DNA of 63,076 bases, filler included, from Folioceros fuciformis (taxonomy: Eukaryota): the NCBI GenBank assembly GCA_049999805.1. It is 5 parts of 4 records of this genome, joined end to end, with 100 filler letters (N's around TTAATTAATTAA, not from the genome) between each part and the next. Parts side by side here need not be neighbours in the genome. Positions count along the whole stretch, not along the records: positions 24,306 to 46,578 come from JBNGIO010006094.1; positions 46,679 to 60,907 come from JBNGIO010006094.1; 3 more parts are not named here. One strand, given 5' to 3'. Position 1 is the first letter of the stretch; each line of letters begins with the position of its first letter. The position numbers and the translations under genes were made by a program. Below the pieces are notes generated by a model. That model was given only the letters and a program-made list of their open reading frames with translations. It was not told where the DNA came from and did no database searches. Shown piece by piece: positions 36,401-49,830 of this stretch.

Positions 36401-39400
36401 CTGCTTTCGGGGCAAGTTCATCGTCTTCCTTTGGCATGGCCAATAATCCTTTTGGGGCCAGTACCTCGAGTTTCAGCTCTAATGCGTTTGCATCTTCACC
36501 GGCCTTTGGGGTATCCAACTTTGGCACTAGCAGCAGTCTGACTTTTGGGTCAGTCCCCACTTTTGGTGCATCTGCAACAGCACCAAGTTTTGGAACATCA
36601 TCAACATTTGGCAGTGGTACATTATTTGGTCAGCAATCATCCATCTTCCCACCGTCATCTGCACCAGCGTTTGGAGCAAGTTCGTCTGCGTTTGGGGCAC
36701 CAAGCACTCCCTCGTTTGGTGGAAGCCCGTTCACCAATGCAACGCCTGCCATCTTCTCGCAATCAAAGCCAGCTGGACTTGCCTCATCCACTGTAAGTCT
36801 CTTTAGGTGTTCTTCTGTGTTTTGTTCCTGTTGTACCATAGAGTTTTTATTGGCAGTGGACTATGGAATGTGGAAGTTTCCCTTTTCTATTGTTGTGCTC
36901 TGTAACCCCTTGTGAGACTCACTCCACCTTGTTTTATCCAGCCGGCATCACCTTTTGGGTCTTTAGGAACTCCTGTGCAGTCAGTCAGCTTTGCACCAAA
37001 CTTTGCAGCCTCGCCTCAGCCAGGTATGAGGGCTGCTTGCGATTTTCGTTTTATTTCTTGCTTCAGAGTGCTCGTTGTATTGGAATGCTGATTTGAAGTG
37101 AAGGTCTCATGCTACTGAAGCTATTGTTTGCGTGTTTGCAGGGAGTCCATTTGGTGCAACCTCACCAGCTGCTACATTTGGGGCGAGCAATTTTTCACAG
37201 CAGTGAGTGGGATATTTTCCTTGCCCTGGTACTGGCAGGCATCTTGTGAGCTTTGCTTACAGCAGTTAGTGATTGGTTTTGCAGGCCGTTGCAAAATGTG
37301 CTGACTGCAGCCCAAGTACCTGTAAGCAGCCCTTTTGGGACATTACCTGCTATGCCCCAAATGTCAATTGCTCGAAGTGCAGGAACGGGTCCGTCTGTGC
37401 AGTATGGTATCTCTAGCATACCTGTAAGTTGGTAGCATATCCAAGATGCTTGTCTTCATGTTGGTTGAGGCTTGAACATCCCTTTCACCAATTTGTTGTA
37501 TGTTGTGTCCTAGGTCTCTGAAAAGCCAGTTCAGGTGCGGACTTCTTCTCTCTTGACGCCAAGGCACATTACCCAGAGGTCCAAGGTGCGGTTGCATGCA
37601 CGAAGGTATCATCCAAAGCAGGACAGCCCAAAGGTTTGTAGCTTGGCTGTGTCTCTCCTTGCATTGCTTAATTTGGTCGTCCTTGTTTAGTCTGCTCATT
37701 ATCTGTCTATCGGCAATTCCAGGTTTCCTTCTTCAGTGATGGCGAAGATACCCCAACTATTCCAAAGGCTGATGTACTCTTTGTTCCTAGAGAAAATCCT
37801 AGGGCGTTGTTTATCCGGCAGACAGACCAGCTGCAACCCACACCCGTGACAAAGGGTGTGCCCGAGGCCCGAGAAATTGCTACTCCCGTGCAAAGAAGGA
37901 GTAAGTGTGTTTGTGTGTTGTCACCATCTAATTGGAATTGCGGGTTTCCACTGAATTTTTTTGGATTCCTTTCTTAGGGGTTGAGTTTCAAGAAAGAGAG
38001 GCTTCAGATGCGGGGAGTAAGTGTTGTACTGTCTCCATTTACAGTTCTGCAACACGTGAATTTTTCTTAACAGTGGTTGTGTACAGTGCGTTGACTCTCA
38101 CGCTCATTGTTGTGACTGTTTATAACTGCTGCAGGCCCTCCAGCGGCGTGGCCAAGTCCAGACCTGGACGGCAATCTGCAGAGTTCTATTGCTACTCCCA
38201 AAGGTGTTGATAAAAATCAAGCTCCAAAGGCTGGCTCGAAGCAAAATGGAGTGCGTGACGATCATAACCACAGGGGCAATGGATACATCTCCATAACTGG
38301 TCACCGTGCAGGGGAAGCTGCAATTGCTTATGAGCATGGTGCAGATATTGAAGCTCTCATGCCGAAGCTTAGGCATTCTGATTATTTTACGGAGCCAAGA
38401 ATTCAAGAGCTAGCTGCCAAAGAGCGGGCTGAACAAGGCTATTGCCGCAGAGTGACAAACTTCGTTGTGGGGCGGAAGCTCTACGGGTCAGTGAAATTCT
38501 TGGGAGAAACTGATGTGAGACGGCTTGATCTAGAGGGGATCATCCAATTTAACAGGTGTGAGGTGTTGGTATACATGGATGAAAGCAAGAAACCCCCAAT
38601 TGGACACGGTTTGAATAAGGCTGCAGAAGTGACCTTGCTAAACGTGAGGTGTCTGGACAAGAAGACTGGTCAACATTTCACTGAAGGCCCTGAAGTGGAA
38701 AAGTTTGAAAAGAAGCTCAAACGAAAGACAGAGGAACAAGGTGCGGAGTTCATTGGTTACAATGCATTAAAGGGAGAGTGGATGTTCCGAGTGAAGCATT
38801 TCAGTCGGTATGGTTTGGATGATTCTGATGAGGAGACTCCAGAACAGAAGATAGCTGGAGTCCAGCTGAGGGCAGTGACGAGGGAGGAAGTAGAAGGCTC
38901 GTTTGTGGATGTGAGTAATGAGATTGTGGAGGAAGGGATGATGGATGAGAGCTCAGAAGAGGAGGAAGTTGTTGAACTTACGGGACTTGAGGAAATGCAA
39001 CCCACAAATTCAGTGTCGACCTTACCACATTCATTACCTTCCCAGCTGAGACTCAATCCCGTGAAGATGCAGCAAATGAGGACTCTGTTTTTTCCGCTTT
39101 CTGAGGAGGGCGATAATACAGCAAGGTCAAAGAGGCGTGCATGGTCCGGTTCTGAGGAGATAGAATTACCCAGATTGACCTCAAGTCATCTGCTTTCTAA
39201 TTTTGGCAATCGTGTGAGGAAAGGTGGTCTTGAGGGTAAGGAGGGAACAGGCACACTTCGCAGAGGGGGCCATTTACCTCTGAAGAGAAGCCCTCAGACT
39301 TCTTGGACGCGTCCTCCTCGTTTCTTGGAGTTTGAAGTCAGTATCTCTGGAAATCTTGCACATGATGGCACACCAGTTTCTCTACCTTTGCTTTCTGGTG

Positions 39401-41936
39401 GCTCTCTGGTCACTCTTCCAAGTACAACTCAAGCTTCTTCTTCGAAGAGACCTAAATACAATGGCTTCCGTCCTGGAGCACGATCAGCTGTGAAAGGGAG
39501 GCTGAGTCACGTATCAGATGCTGCACTTTCTCTTGGTTGCTCCTTCCGAGTTGGCTGGGGTCCACATGGTGTTTTGGTGCATAGTGGCAATCCTGTTCAA
39601 CAGGGGAACACTGCTGGGGGCCTATCGTCATGTGTATATGTGGAACAGGTTGCGCTTGATAGGATTGTCAGAGATGAGCAGGGCAAAGTGAAGTCTGAAT
39701 TGGTTCAATCACGATTTGTGATTCCCTTGTCTCTTCATCTGCAGAGGAGCACGATAATTGCTGGTGTGTCGCAGCAGGACCAACTGAGGTTTAGAAAGCT
39801 TGTTTGTTCAAGAACTGAGCTATCTGAGGTTTGTGCAGCATATGAAACGTCTTCTGAGGAGCTGTTGGACGCTGTTTGGCTCTCATCTGATGCTCGTTTC
39901 GCCCTCCAACGTAATATTTCAGTGTGGCATCTTATATCAGTTTTGTTCTCTGAAAGATCTGAACCACCAAAAGTTGATGCCGCCGCAGAAAAGTTTGGAA
40001 ATATGGTGAGCACTTCTCTGGCTGAACGTAAGACCCCCTGGGTTTCAGATGCAGAAGTCCTTGTACGGCGAGCCAGGTTCAGCAGCTGGTTACAGGAGTG
40101 TGTTCTGGGTCAGCCTTGGGAAGCTGATTTGCAGTCTGTTGACAAGGACAATGTCTTGCAAGTCATCTTTGCACTCCTGGCAGCACGGAAACTCGATGAT
40201 GCTGTGGAGAGAGCTATTGACACCGGGGATGTGCGATTGGCTGTGGCGCTGAGTCAATCTGGCGGATCACTGCTCAACCGTGAGGATATGCTCACTCAGC
40301 TTGATGTTTGGAGCCGAGAAGGCCTGGATCCGCCTTTCATCGTAGAGAATCGGATTTGCATATACAAGCTACTTGCTGGGGACTTGAAGGGTGCCGTAGG
40401 GACCAGGGAGATCACGTGGAAGAAGTTCCTTGGACTGATGATGTGGTACCAGCTAGCTCCAGATACTCCCCTCCCAGTGACCTTCAACAAGTATCTGCAG
40501 CTTGTAAGTCATGATGATGCTCCTGCGCCACTTCCGATATACAGTGAGGAAACAGGAGTGGGAGGAAAAGCAGAGGATTACAGCTACTATGATAACACCT
40601 TCTACCTCATGCTTCTGCATGCAGACTTGGCCGACGATCTGATTATTTCTAGAATGTTGTCATCTGGAAGTTCTACGTCTGACTGGTTGGATCACACCCT
40701 GGTTTGGCACGAACAAGGTGTTCTGGAAGCTGTGGGTGTGATAGGATGCCATGGGGTGCATGCACTGCACATGAGTTTTGCATCACAGCTGCTTGCAGTG
40801 GGGTTGTGCCATTGGGCTCTTTATGTTATATTACATTCGCCACCTGCAGCTGGAGAATATCAACTACACGAGAAGGCTGTTAGGGAGATTCTCGTGCAGT
40901 ATTGTGAAACATGGAGTAACTCAGAGATGCAGCTGGTGTTCCTGAGGGATGAACTCAAGATCCCTTCTAAGTGGCTGCATGAGGCCCAGGTTAGTTTATC
41001 TTGTCTCCCTTCTTGAATGACTCTGGAGCCAAAATGGATTCCCTACAATCATAGTGTGTGTTTTTGCAGGCCATCTATTGGCTGTATGCCGGTGATAACT
41101 CCAAGGCTCTGGAGCATCTTGTTAAAAGCTACCAGTGGCATAGTGCACATAGTCTCTTTATGAGTTCTGTCTCCGCTGATTGGTTTCTGAATGGTACCTC
41201 GCTTGTCGTACTTAAATCTATCTGCTTGTCATATCTATATAACTTCTTCTGGCTTTGATCTGCATATACTGTGTGCCTTTTAATAGAGTAAGTATTTCGC
41301 AGGAAATCATGCAGATGTCTGGAAATACGCAACGAAGCTGGAATCCCACAGCGCTGATATTGAAAACTGGAATTTGGGTGCGGGAATCTACATTGACTTC
41401 TATTCCCTCAAGGCTAGTCTTGAGAATCAAAGGGATTCCTTCCATGAAGGGGTAAGTCATCGTGGTTTTCAGGAGTGCAGGCTCGCAGCTTTTCGGCCCG
41501 CTAGAATTGAACAGAGATTTGTTTTTGTTCTCATGCTGTGGCCACCATGTGATAATATGCTATTCAGAAGCCATTGCCAGGGATGTCAGGCCCAGTCAAG
41601 GACTTTTTTAGCCACTTATGGGAATCTAAAGACGTTTGGTCTCTGGGAGCGAGATCGCAGCTCTTAAAGTAATGCGCCTTGCACCCACCTTGGCCTCTTC
41701 GAAACGACTTGTCTCGCTGTTTAATTTACCTATCGTTCATCGTGGTTTGAAACAGAGTCGCGTATACAAAAATGGCAGATGATGTAGCTAGGTTATTGCT
41801 TCAGGACTCCGCCGATGAATTGAAGCTTCACGAGGCTGTCCTCGATGCACCTCTATTGGAAGATGTGCGTTTATGCCGGCTTCAGGGTGCGGCGACTGCA
41901 TTTACATCTTGGCTTGGTGACACTCTGGCTACGTAA
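33429..41936 (+). CDS. NUP98-NUP96: Nucleoporin NUP98-NUP96 precursor (FG repeats, GLEBS, autoproteolytic domain, Nup96 domain)
   Basis: PAFG/PFG repeats at 34790-37200; [26 protein letters not shown]; peptidase S59 domain ending [11 protein letters not shown] (HF|S at 38797-38805); Nup96 motifs [28 protein letters not shown]. Stop TAA at 41934-41936. The start codon is inferred (see findings). Confidence 0.93.
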
Positions 41937-42566
41937 CTTCACGGCCACACTGGGTCCTATAATATTTTTCAGATGTGACTACGATAGGAACGACAGCATT
42001 TCTTTGCTCCTAGCTGCTGGCAGCCGGGTGTTTCGGAGATGGTGTTATGACTAGCTGCAAAAAGGTCTGTTATGGCGGCGCTTGTAAGGGAACTGAGTGT
42101 CCCAGCGTTACCCTAATGTTTATGTCGAATGTACCCGCCTGTCAGTATCGTATGCCTTGAGTTGGGGCAGGGACGAGCCATGCGTTTGTAATGGATCTTG
42201 GATGCTCCCCCATGCGTATTGAAGCCCTGGACTTTCACGTCAAAGTGCTTTTGTTTGTCACAGGTCTGGAGTATCACCTGTCTTACCTGGCTTTATATGT
42301 TGGATCTTTACTTAATTCTATTTATAATTTGGGTTCTTATTCTTCTCAGTAACGCCCAACCCCTTTCTCCCTCTCTTGGTCAGTTCCCGCTCCCGTAGTT
42401 TGACTACCCTTCTTCATCTCTTCGTCTAATTACTTTCAGCTTGTCTCTGCCTCTTAACGAACGCCGAGGTAAATTGTAATCCAATTAGCATTATAAAGCC
42501 TTATATATTATCAAATACTATTTAAATAGTAAATACCATCTGAATTTGAGGTCGAGGAATCTGAGA

Positions 42567-42815
42567 GGCATTGCACCATGGTGGGGGGGGTATTGAGAGA
42601 CTCCCAAGTGGCATTGCACCATGGTGGGGGGGTATTGAGACTCCCAAGTGGCATTGCACCATGGTGGGAGGTATTGAGAGACTCCCAAGTGGCATTGCAT
42701 CTTGGTGGGGGGGTACTGAGAGACTCCCAAGTGGCATTGCACCATGGTGGGGGGTATTGAGAGACTCCCAAGTGGCATTGCATCATGGTGGGGGTTTATT
42801 GAGAGACTCCCAAGG
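42567..42815. repeat. Minisatellite, six ~41-bp units GGCATTGCACCATGGTG(G)nTATTGAGAGACTCCCAAGT
   Basis: Directly visible tandem units. Degenerate ~60-bp repeats follow to about 43070. Confidence 0.95.
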
Positions 42816-45179
42816 CAATCCTTTTTATGTGACATCACTTAAATAATCAAGCAATCCTTGATTTAGGCATTTCTCTCTATACTAGATTTGTAGGGGCATT
42901 CCGCTCTATATCTCACAACTTGCATCTTTAACCATTCCTACAGTTGAGAGACTTATAGGGCATTCCTTTATACATGGACATAACTTGCATCATTGTGCAT
43001 TCCTCCAATTGAGGGACTTGTAGGATATTGTTTTGTATAAGGCATAACTTCATCATTGAGCATTCTTCCTTAGATTGCATCTATTACATTACTTAGGCTA
43101 ATCTCGTGTAACCTTAAGGCTTGTACCCATGATTCACTATACAATGAATATGCATATTTACAATACCTATTACTTAGAGGCATAGAAGAATGCCAAAGTA
43201 AGGGTAGTTTAAATTTACAAGTAATGCATTGAAGACTAATGGATGGTCACTTTAAATAACCTGGTTTGCAACCCATGTTCCAAGTATGACAAGATATACA
43301 AGTTTTTAAGGACCTCATTTTGGCTTATATTTTCAAGCCTTCTTTTTTTTCCCTTTTTGTGTAGACAATTTGGCGACAAAGCTAGAATGCAAGTTGGCAA
43401 CAAGACCTTAGCAAGGGTCGTGGAGGGGGACAACCAACCCCACCATGTCAACAAATCCATGCAATACTAGTTGAAGAACTTTCAACCAAGGCTCCTTATC
43501 TCATGGATACCAAATGATTGACTTGAGCTTATTTGTACCTAACCATTACATTTTAGCTTTAAGAGTCCCTAGGCTTGTGAAGAATTGCACCTAAAGTCAA
43601 TGGCTTAGAAACTAGCTTTCATGTTCATTCAAAAGGTACAATGAATTTCTTATTTGAAACATACGTTTCTCACCTCTCACAGTTCAAACAAGACAGTTTG
43701 CTACTCCACTCTTGCTTCCTATATGTTTATCAACGAAAATAAAAGTAAGACCATTACCTATATTTTACTTATATATAAGTACAAATGTCCACATGTGTTT
43801 TAACAAATTTGCATTCATTACATATAGGTAATTAAGGATCAATAGGTTCTCCTTGTAGATAATAGGTCCATTATGACATCTAATAGAGACATAGCTTACA
43901 TTAAAATCTATCTAGAGTCACATCATCATTACATGATATATATTATGTGTCTGATATAATAAAAAAATTATTTCAATTAAAAAGACTAAATATTAACAAT
44001 AGTATTCATAACCTCTTCACTTGAACAAAATGTGAGGTAATAGATGCATTTCATACAAGAAAAATTCTAGCCCATATGAAATTTTCATCCTTATAAAATT
44101 GACTAAAACAATAAGATTGACAACTATGAAAACATTGTATGCATAATCATTATACAAAGATGCTTCTTCAGCGTACAAAAATTATGTGTTATTTGATGTG
44201 AATACAACTTTCTAGAATGGGAAGCTTAGCACAAAAAATTCCATATGATAACCTCTAGGTTGTGAAGTTAAAGATGAAGATGACATGTAACTAATCAAAA
44301 CATTATATGCATTAAAAATCTCATTATGGAATGTCATACGGTTCTTGACTAGTAGATGAGGAGCTTATATCTTTGGGTTCAAATTCATCAAAGCAATGCT
44401 AATTGAAGAATATGCACTTAGCTTAAGGTGTTGTCCTTTCTATCCAGCCCATGATGTACCGATCTCATACTAGACAACAAAAGTCCATGCTCCATCATGA
44501 AGATGGTAGACTTTCTTAAGAGCTAAGGAGGTTAATATGTTCAACTTTAGGATTTAGGGTTCATGACGATAATGGAACTTCTTGCTAAGAATAAGATGTC
44601 CAACTTCAGGGTTTAGGGTTGTCGACATCCTTTGACTACTTTGAGAGATGCTTAAATAAGTGGCATCCATTGTGCATCTCACGGTAGTATGAAATACACA
44701 GAGTAGTGTGAGGAGGCTACATCTTGCTGCCACCATACTAATGTGTGCCAAACAACCCCTCTGCCCCGCCAATGTGCTATCCTACAACACCAATTCTCAC
44801 ATGAAGTTGTTTGAAGATGTGACAAGGATTGCGCCATGGAAGATTAAGAGACATAAGATATTATTCTACTACGAAGACATTTCCTCGTTGGGGTCCTTGT
44901 TCTAAGCCTCCTAGAACATAGGCTCTAATGGTGGTGTGGATTCTCATATGAAAGGCTAGGGGAACCAAGAGCATATGAACAAGGCTCTAACAACTTCAAC
45001 TAGAGAACTGGAGAACATACCTATAGGTGTGGAGTAAGGGCAGCCATGTATGCAGAGAAAGAAAAGAGGGCAGTCATTTGGTGAGGAGTGGGCACATATG
45101 TTATAGCTTGCGTGTGTGCATTGTCATGGCCATGGTGGTGAATTTTCCCAATTGCTTGCAAATTGCAGGATGAACCCAC

Positions 45180-45540
45180 TTGAAGATGTAAGAAGAAGAG
45201 CCTTGTGAATATCTTGTTTTTGATGCACAAGCTCCTCATTCTTCAAATGGCTGAGAATGACAATTTTTTGGAGCATGTGGACAAGGTGAAGAATTTGTCA
45301 CAACAGTTTGCAACATTTGGAGCTTTTGTCATTGAAGATGACTTAGTGATTACTAGTCTTGCTAGTCTTCTCAATCATTCACGAATCTACTTGTGACATT
45401 GGAATCAAAGATTGATACCTTGACTTTTGATATTCTTGTGAGTAGACTTTTGGATGATGAGACCACAAGAAGAGAAAAAGGAGAAGTTAGGTGAGGAACT
45501 TGCTTTTGTGGCCTTTGCAAAAGCCACAAAAGGGTAGATG
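45180..45540 (+). pseudogene. Old copia gag remnant
   Basis: KSLVNILFL..LQMAENDNFLEHVDKVKNL..EDDLVITSLASL resembles the gag at 46202-46578 (KSLVNRLFLRRRFFSIQMGESDSV). Confidence 0.65.
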
Positions 45541-45803
45541 AGTTTTTCCATGAACTCTTTTGTTACCCTTACCTTAACAACCTAATCATCTCTTACCTCT
45601 AAATTATCAAACTCAAAAAGTTACATCCTCAACAAGCCTCCAATTGAATTTTATGCCTACGTAGCCGGAATATAGATCTTCTCATAAGCTTGATAGTCCA
45701 CAAGTCAAGTGGTTTGTGCTTGGTTATGGAGGAAGAGGAGGAGACGAAGATTGGCAGTTTGCTTACTCTAGGTGATGTGTAGGCTAGGCTCTCTAGAGAA
45801 AGG

Positions 45804-46578
45804 TGTTAAGCATGATTAATGTTGAGATTAATTAGTGCTAATCCAGCTTATTGAGTTTGTACTAATTAGTGGTAAGAGTGATTAAGGTTATGATTAATAT
45901 ATATAGCTTATTAGACTTTGTTATGTTAGGTAAAAAGGTATTGTAGGGTTTGGGGTCATTTATCCCATATTGGGCACGAAATAAGAGTGCCACCCATAAG
46001 TCCATAAAAGAAGGGATGAACCCACCTAGTATTTGTAGTCTAACTCCCTCTTCACTTGTATTGTGTTGTTTTTGTAATTCTCCTTTTATTTGAGTTTAAG
46101 AGCCTTGTTATAGTGCTCTTATTTTTGGGATTCTGCATCTTGCTTCAACTAACTTGTTTTAACCTCTTTTGAGCATGGTGGGGGTGACATCTCAACAGGT
46201 TATGGGCCCACACACCCAAGGGACTGTCACTCTACAAGTTATCTCAAAGTTTGGAGGTGACAACTTCAACTTGTGGAAGTTCAAGATGCAAATGTTGTTG
46301 GCTGAAAAAGGGCCTTGGGGAATCGTGTCGGGGACCGAGGAGCGTCCAAATGAAGTGGAGAGACAGCCCAAGTGGGATGAGCTTGCAGGCAAGGCCTTTG
46401 CAAATATTTGTTTCAACTTAGAAGATGCACAATTGATGCATGTGACCACTTGCAAATCAGCAAGAGAGGCTTGGCTGAAATTAGAGGCTTTGTATGAGAA
46501 CAAGAGCCTTGTGAATCGCTTGTTCTTAAGGCGTAGATTCTTTTCCATTCAAATGGGTGAGAGTGATAGTGTGATTGA
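45804..46578 (+). mobile_element. Copia 5' LTR (45804-46197), half-tRNA-Met PBS (46198-46210) and gag start; truncated by gap
   Basis: TGTTAAG...CTCAACA GGTTATGGGCCCA, followed by KFGGDNFNLWKFKMQMLL...SAREAWLKLEALY. Confidence 0.92.
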
Positions 46579-49031
46579 NNNNNNNNNNNNNNNNNNNNNN
46601 NNNNNNNNNNNNNNNNNNNNNNTTAATTAATTAANNNNNNNNNNNNNNNNNNNNNNNNNNNNNNNNNNNNNNNNNNNNGATTCAGCCAGGCAACCAGCCG
46701 GCCAGGCTGGTTGCCTACTGAATCCAACTGCCATGAAGCCAGGCTAGCCGGCTTGGCTCCTGCAGCCAGACCGGCGGCTGGCTTCCAGATCCAACCTCGG
46801 CCTACATTCGGCCCGCTCATCTAGCCTCCAACGTGACTAGCCCGGCCGTTGCATGCACTGCCAAAACGGCCTGGCTGCCTGCCTGGCCATCTTCAGCTGC
46901 AGGCAAGCCGCTTCCTGGCTGATCCCATCCGATCCGCCAGGCCTCCCACGAGATCCACGCATGTCTTGGTTTTTGGGCTCGATTCACCACCATCGGCCCG
47001 GCCAGCTTGCTCTCGCCTACTAGATATCTGGCCAGACCCGCAAAGCACCTCACTGGTCCTATCCGATCATGCCACCTGCCCGGCCACTTGGACTTGATCG
47101 TCACCCGCCTAGCTTGGAGTCGGCCGCTGCTGAGCCAGCCCCCCCGCCCGCTGCACCCGGCCACCCTTGCCCTCATGACCCTTGCCTAGCCGGTGCACCA
47201 GGAGCAAGGGCCCGTCGTCCCCGTCCCTTCCCCCAGAGGTCGTTCGATGGGCTTCCACACACATCCGGACACCCTAGCCGAGGGGACCTAGACCCGTGGC
47301 CTACCTACCACACATCCCACCAACCCCCTATCGCCTCACCGATAATCTAACTCTAATCTAACCTAATCTTCTAACCTTTCCTCTACAGCACTCATTCACA
47401 GATCCAAAAAAAAGAGAACCTATCATTTCCCAGGGGTCTGTTCAGCATGTGGAGTCCACAGTGTCACAGTTATGAAATCTGGAGGCTCAACTGGAAGGGC
47501 ACAAGACTGAAGTCAAGAGCAAGGACATAGAAATTCAACGACTGGCTGAAGAACAGTCTCACCTATAGCAGCAGAAGAAGAAGGATCAGCTGTGATTTGA
47601 GGAGGTGGAGCAGCAAAAGGAGAACTTGGAACTTCAACATGCCTCCCAGATTCATAGGATGTTGGTTGTTAGGAAGCATAGGTTCCGAGCGGACTACACC
47701 ATCCAGTTTGGTTTGCTAACCCAGCTTCGTCTCCTACAGGAAGAGAATGTGGCCCTGTAGTTGAAGGTAGGAAGACTATCCCTTGAGAGAGATGCTTACC
47801 AGCAACGTGCACAAGGTGACCCTCTGGATTTGGAGGAACTAGAGTTAACTTTGGAGGAAGAAAGGGTGCACCCACACAACAAGATTTTGAAGACCAATCA
47901 GGAGCTGTTGAAGATTGCCTAGAGGAAAGCTATTGAGCCTCATAACGATGACTGAGTTGAGCTGAAGAAGTCCATCCCTCCCATATTAGAATGGAAAGAA
48001 GACAGTGACATAGATGGAGAAGATTTTGAGTGGGAGGAGGCACCTGAGCAGGAGGAAGAAGAGTGGGTGAGAGAAGCCGCCAAAACGTTGAATGATCTGG
48101 CAAACCTACTGCCACAGGAGGGACTTGTTGTTGAACCACCTACAGAGACAGAAGAGAGTAAACCTACGAACAGTGGAGGGGGACAGTTGGAAGAAGGAGA
48201 ACCTATTACGGAGGAGGGAAGAGAGCGAGAAGAGGTACAAGAGGCAACAAAGGACAAAATTGTGCAGACAGAGAGTAAGTCTACATGCGCCGATGGGAAC
48301 CCTATGCGTTGGGGAGGAGAAGATCAGAACCTGAAGAAAGACAGCCAACTAGTGTTGCCGAATGTCTCGGATTCTCAAGGAGCAGACAATCTTCCTTTGC
48401 AAAGTGATCCAGCCTCACCTCAACCTCCTACAATGGTATCCAAGGGAGTGAAGCGCCCTTTTGTTGAAGACATTCATACTTCACCCTTGTAGAATTCCAA
48501 GAGGCAATAACAAGGAGATTAGGTGGAGAGCAGCAATGAGAGGACAAGAGCTGATTGCGCAACGGATAGGGGAGGAAATAGGCTAGGCTAGGGAGGCTGA
48601 ATTATTATTGAAGACTAAGAATAGCTAATTGCCTCCTGATTAGACGAGATACTTGCTAGATTTGCTTTTTGGATTGCTTAAATCACGCTATCAGCGCATA
48701 GGCCCCTAAGTGAAAATAGATAGAAGGCTAGGAGTATAAGATGAGCTAAGGATGCTCATCTCAGTAATAGATTTCTGGGGTTTTGAAGGAGCCTAGGGTG
48801 GCGTTCCTGGAATTGACTATGAAGCTCTTTTTGTGCTGATTTTTGAAGGCTTCACTCCTTCATCCTGAGGGAATTGTCACTCTTGCCCTTCACTCTAAAT
48901 ATCTCATCAGTGGCACTACTAGGTTTTGCCACTAGAAGCAGCAAATCGCTCACGGGGACGAACCAGGGAATCCTACAATGATAGTGGGTGTGGCCACTCA
49001 GCAAGGGTCCTCGAGGTTTCGGGGTCCTGCG

Positions 49032-49830
49032 CGACCACAGCCCCTCAAATGGTTGAGGACCAACACCAAGTTGAGTGGCAAGCTCGCATGGTGGGCCATG
49101 ATCTTGCAGGACTATGAGTTCCAAGTTGTCCACCGACCAGGGGTTATGCACAAGAAAGCTGACACTCTCTCCCAAAATCCTCGTGCCAGTTGCGAGGATG
49201 TCACGGAGGCCAAGCAGCACGTTGATGAGAGTGAAGTGCAGCACCCATCAGTCTTAGCGACGCTAGCCTGAACGTGCTTCGGTGACAATGTCAAGTGTGG
49301 GGCAATCTCGAGTATGGTGGAGCTCTAGCAAACCAAGGGGCAATTGTCACCCCTGGAAACCTACGTTGGGGACAAGCGGCCTAAGGACATTTTGGAGGAC
49401 CCTGACACTCTCCTGTTCATACAGATAGAACAATTGAATCCTACCATGGACGTAGTGGAACGAGAGCGAGTGAGGCAACGAGCAGCTCTTCACTACTGGC
49501 GAGATGGTTATCTCCTTCAGAAGTTGCCCAATGGGTTGGAGTGCATTGTCCCACCTCGGGATGATCGTGAGCGATTGATTCACCGAGTGCACAATGACAT
49601 GGGCCATTTCGAGGTCAAGCGTACCTACAGCTTGCTTCTACCACATTTGCACTGCATGGGATGTATAGTCAAGCAATAGGTGGCTTGTTGCTAGGAGTGT
49701 GACACGGTTAAGACATCCTTCACCATTCAGAACCCACAGCTTCACCCCTTGCTAATCATGGGATTGTTTTTCAAGTGCTCTTGTGATTTGCTGGGTGAAC
49801 TACCCAAGACACCACGTGGGAATGTGTATA
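49032..49830 (+). pseudogene. Ty3/gypsy pol fragment: RNase H end, integrase HHCC and start of core
   Basis: DH.PLKWL..KLAWWAMILQDYEFQVVHRPG..ADTLS, then RVHNDMGHF..RTYSLL, then LHPLLIMG..DLLGELPKTTRGNVY. The RH-before-INT order indicates Ty3/gypsy. Confidence 0.85.

Noticed and set aside
35145-36839. Alternative-frame and antisense ORFs with repeats (APNAG, LRLVL)
   Set aside because: They are shadows of the NUP98 FG-repeat exons.
42567-42815. CRISPR-like repeat array
   Set aside because: Units are contiguous with no unique spacers, there are no cas genes, and the context is eukaryotic.
43100-44900. AT-rich stretch with short ORFs
   Set aside because: Probably old TE debris; nothing could be assigned from sequence alone.
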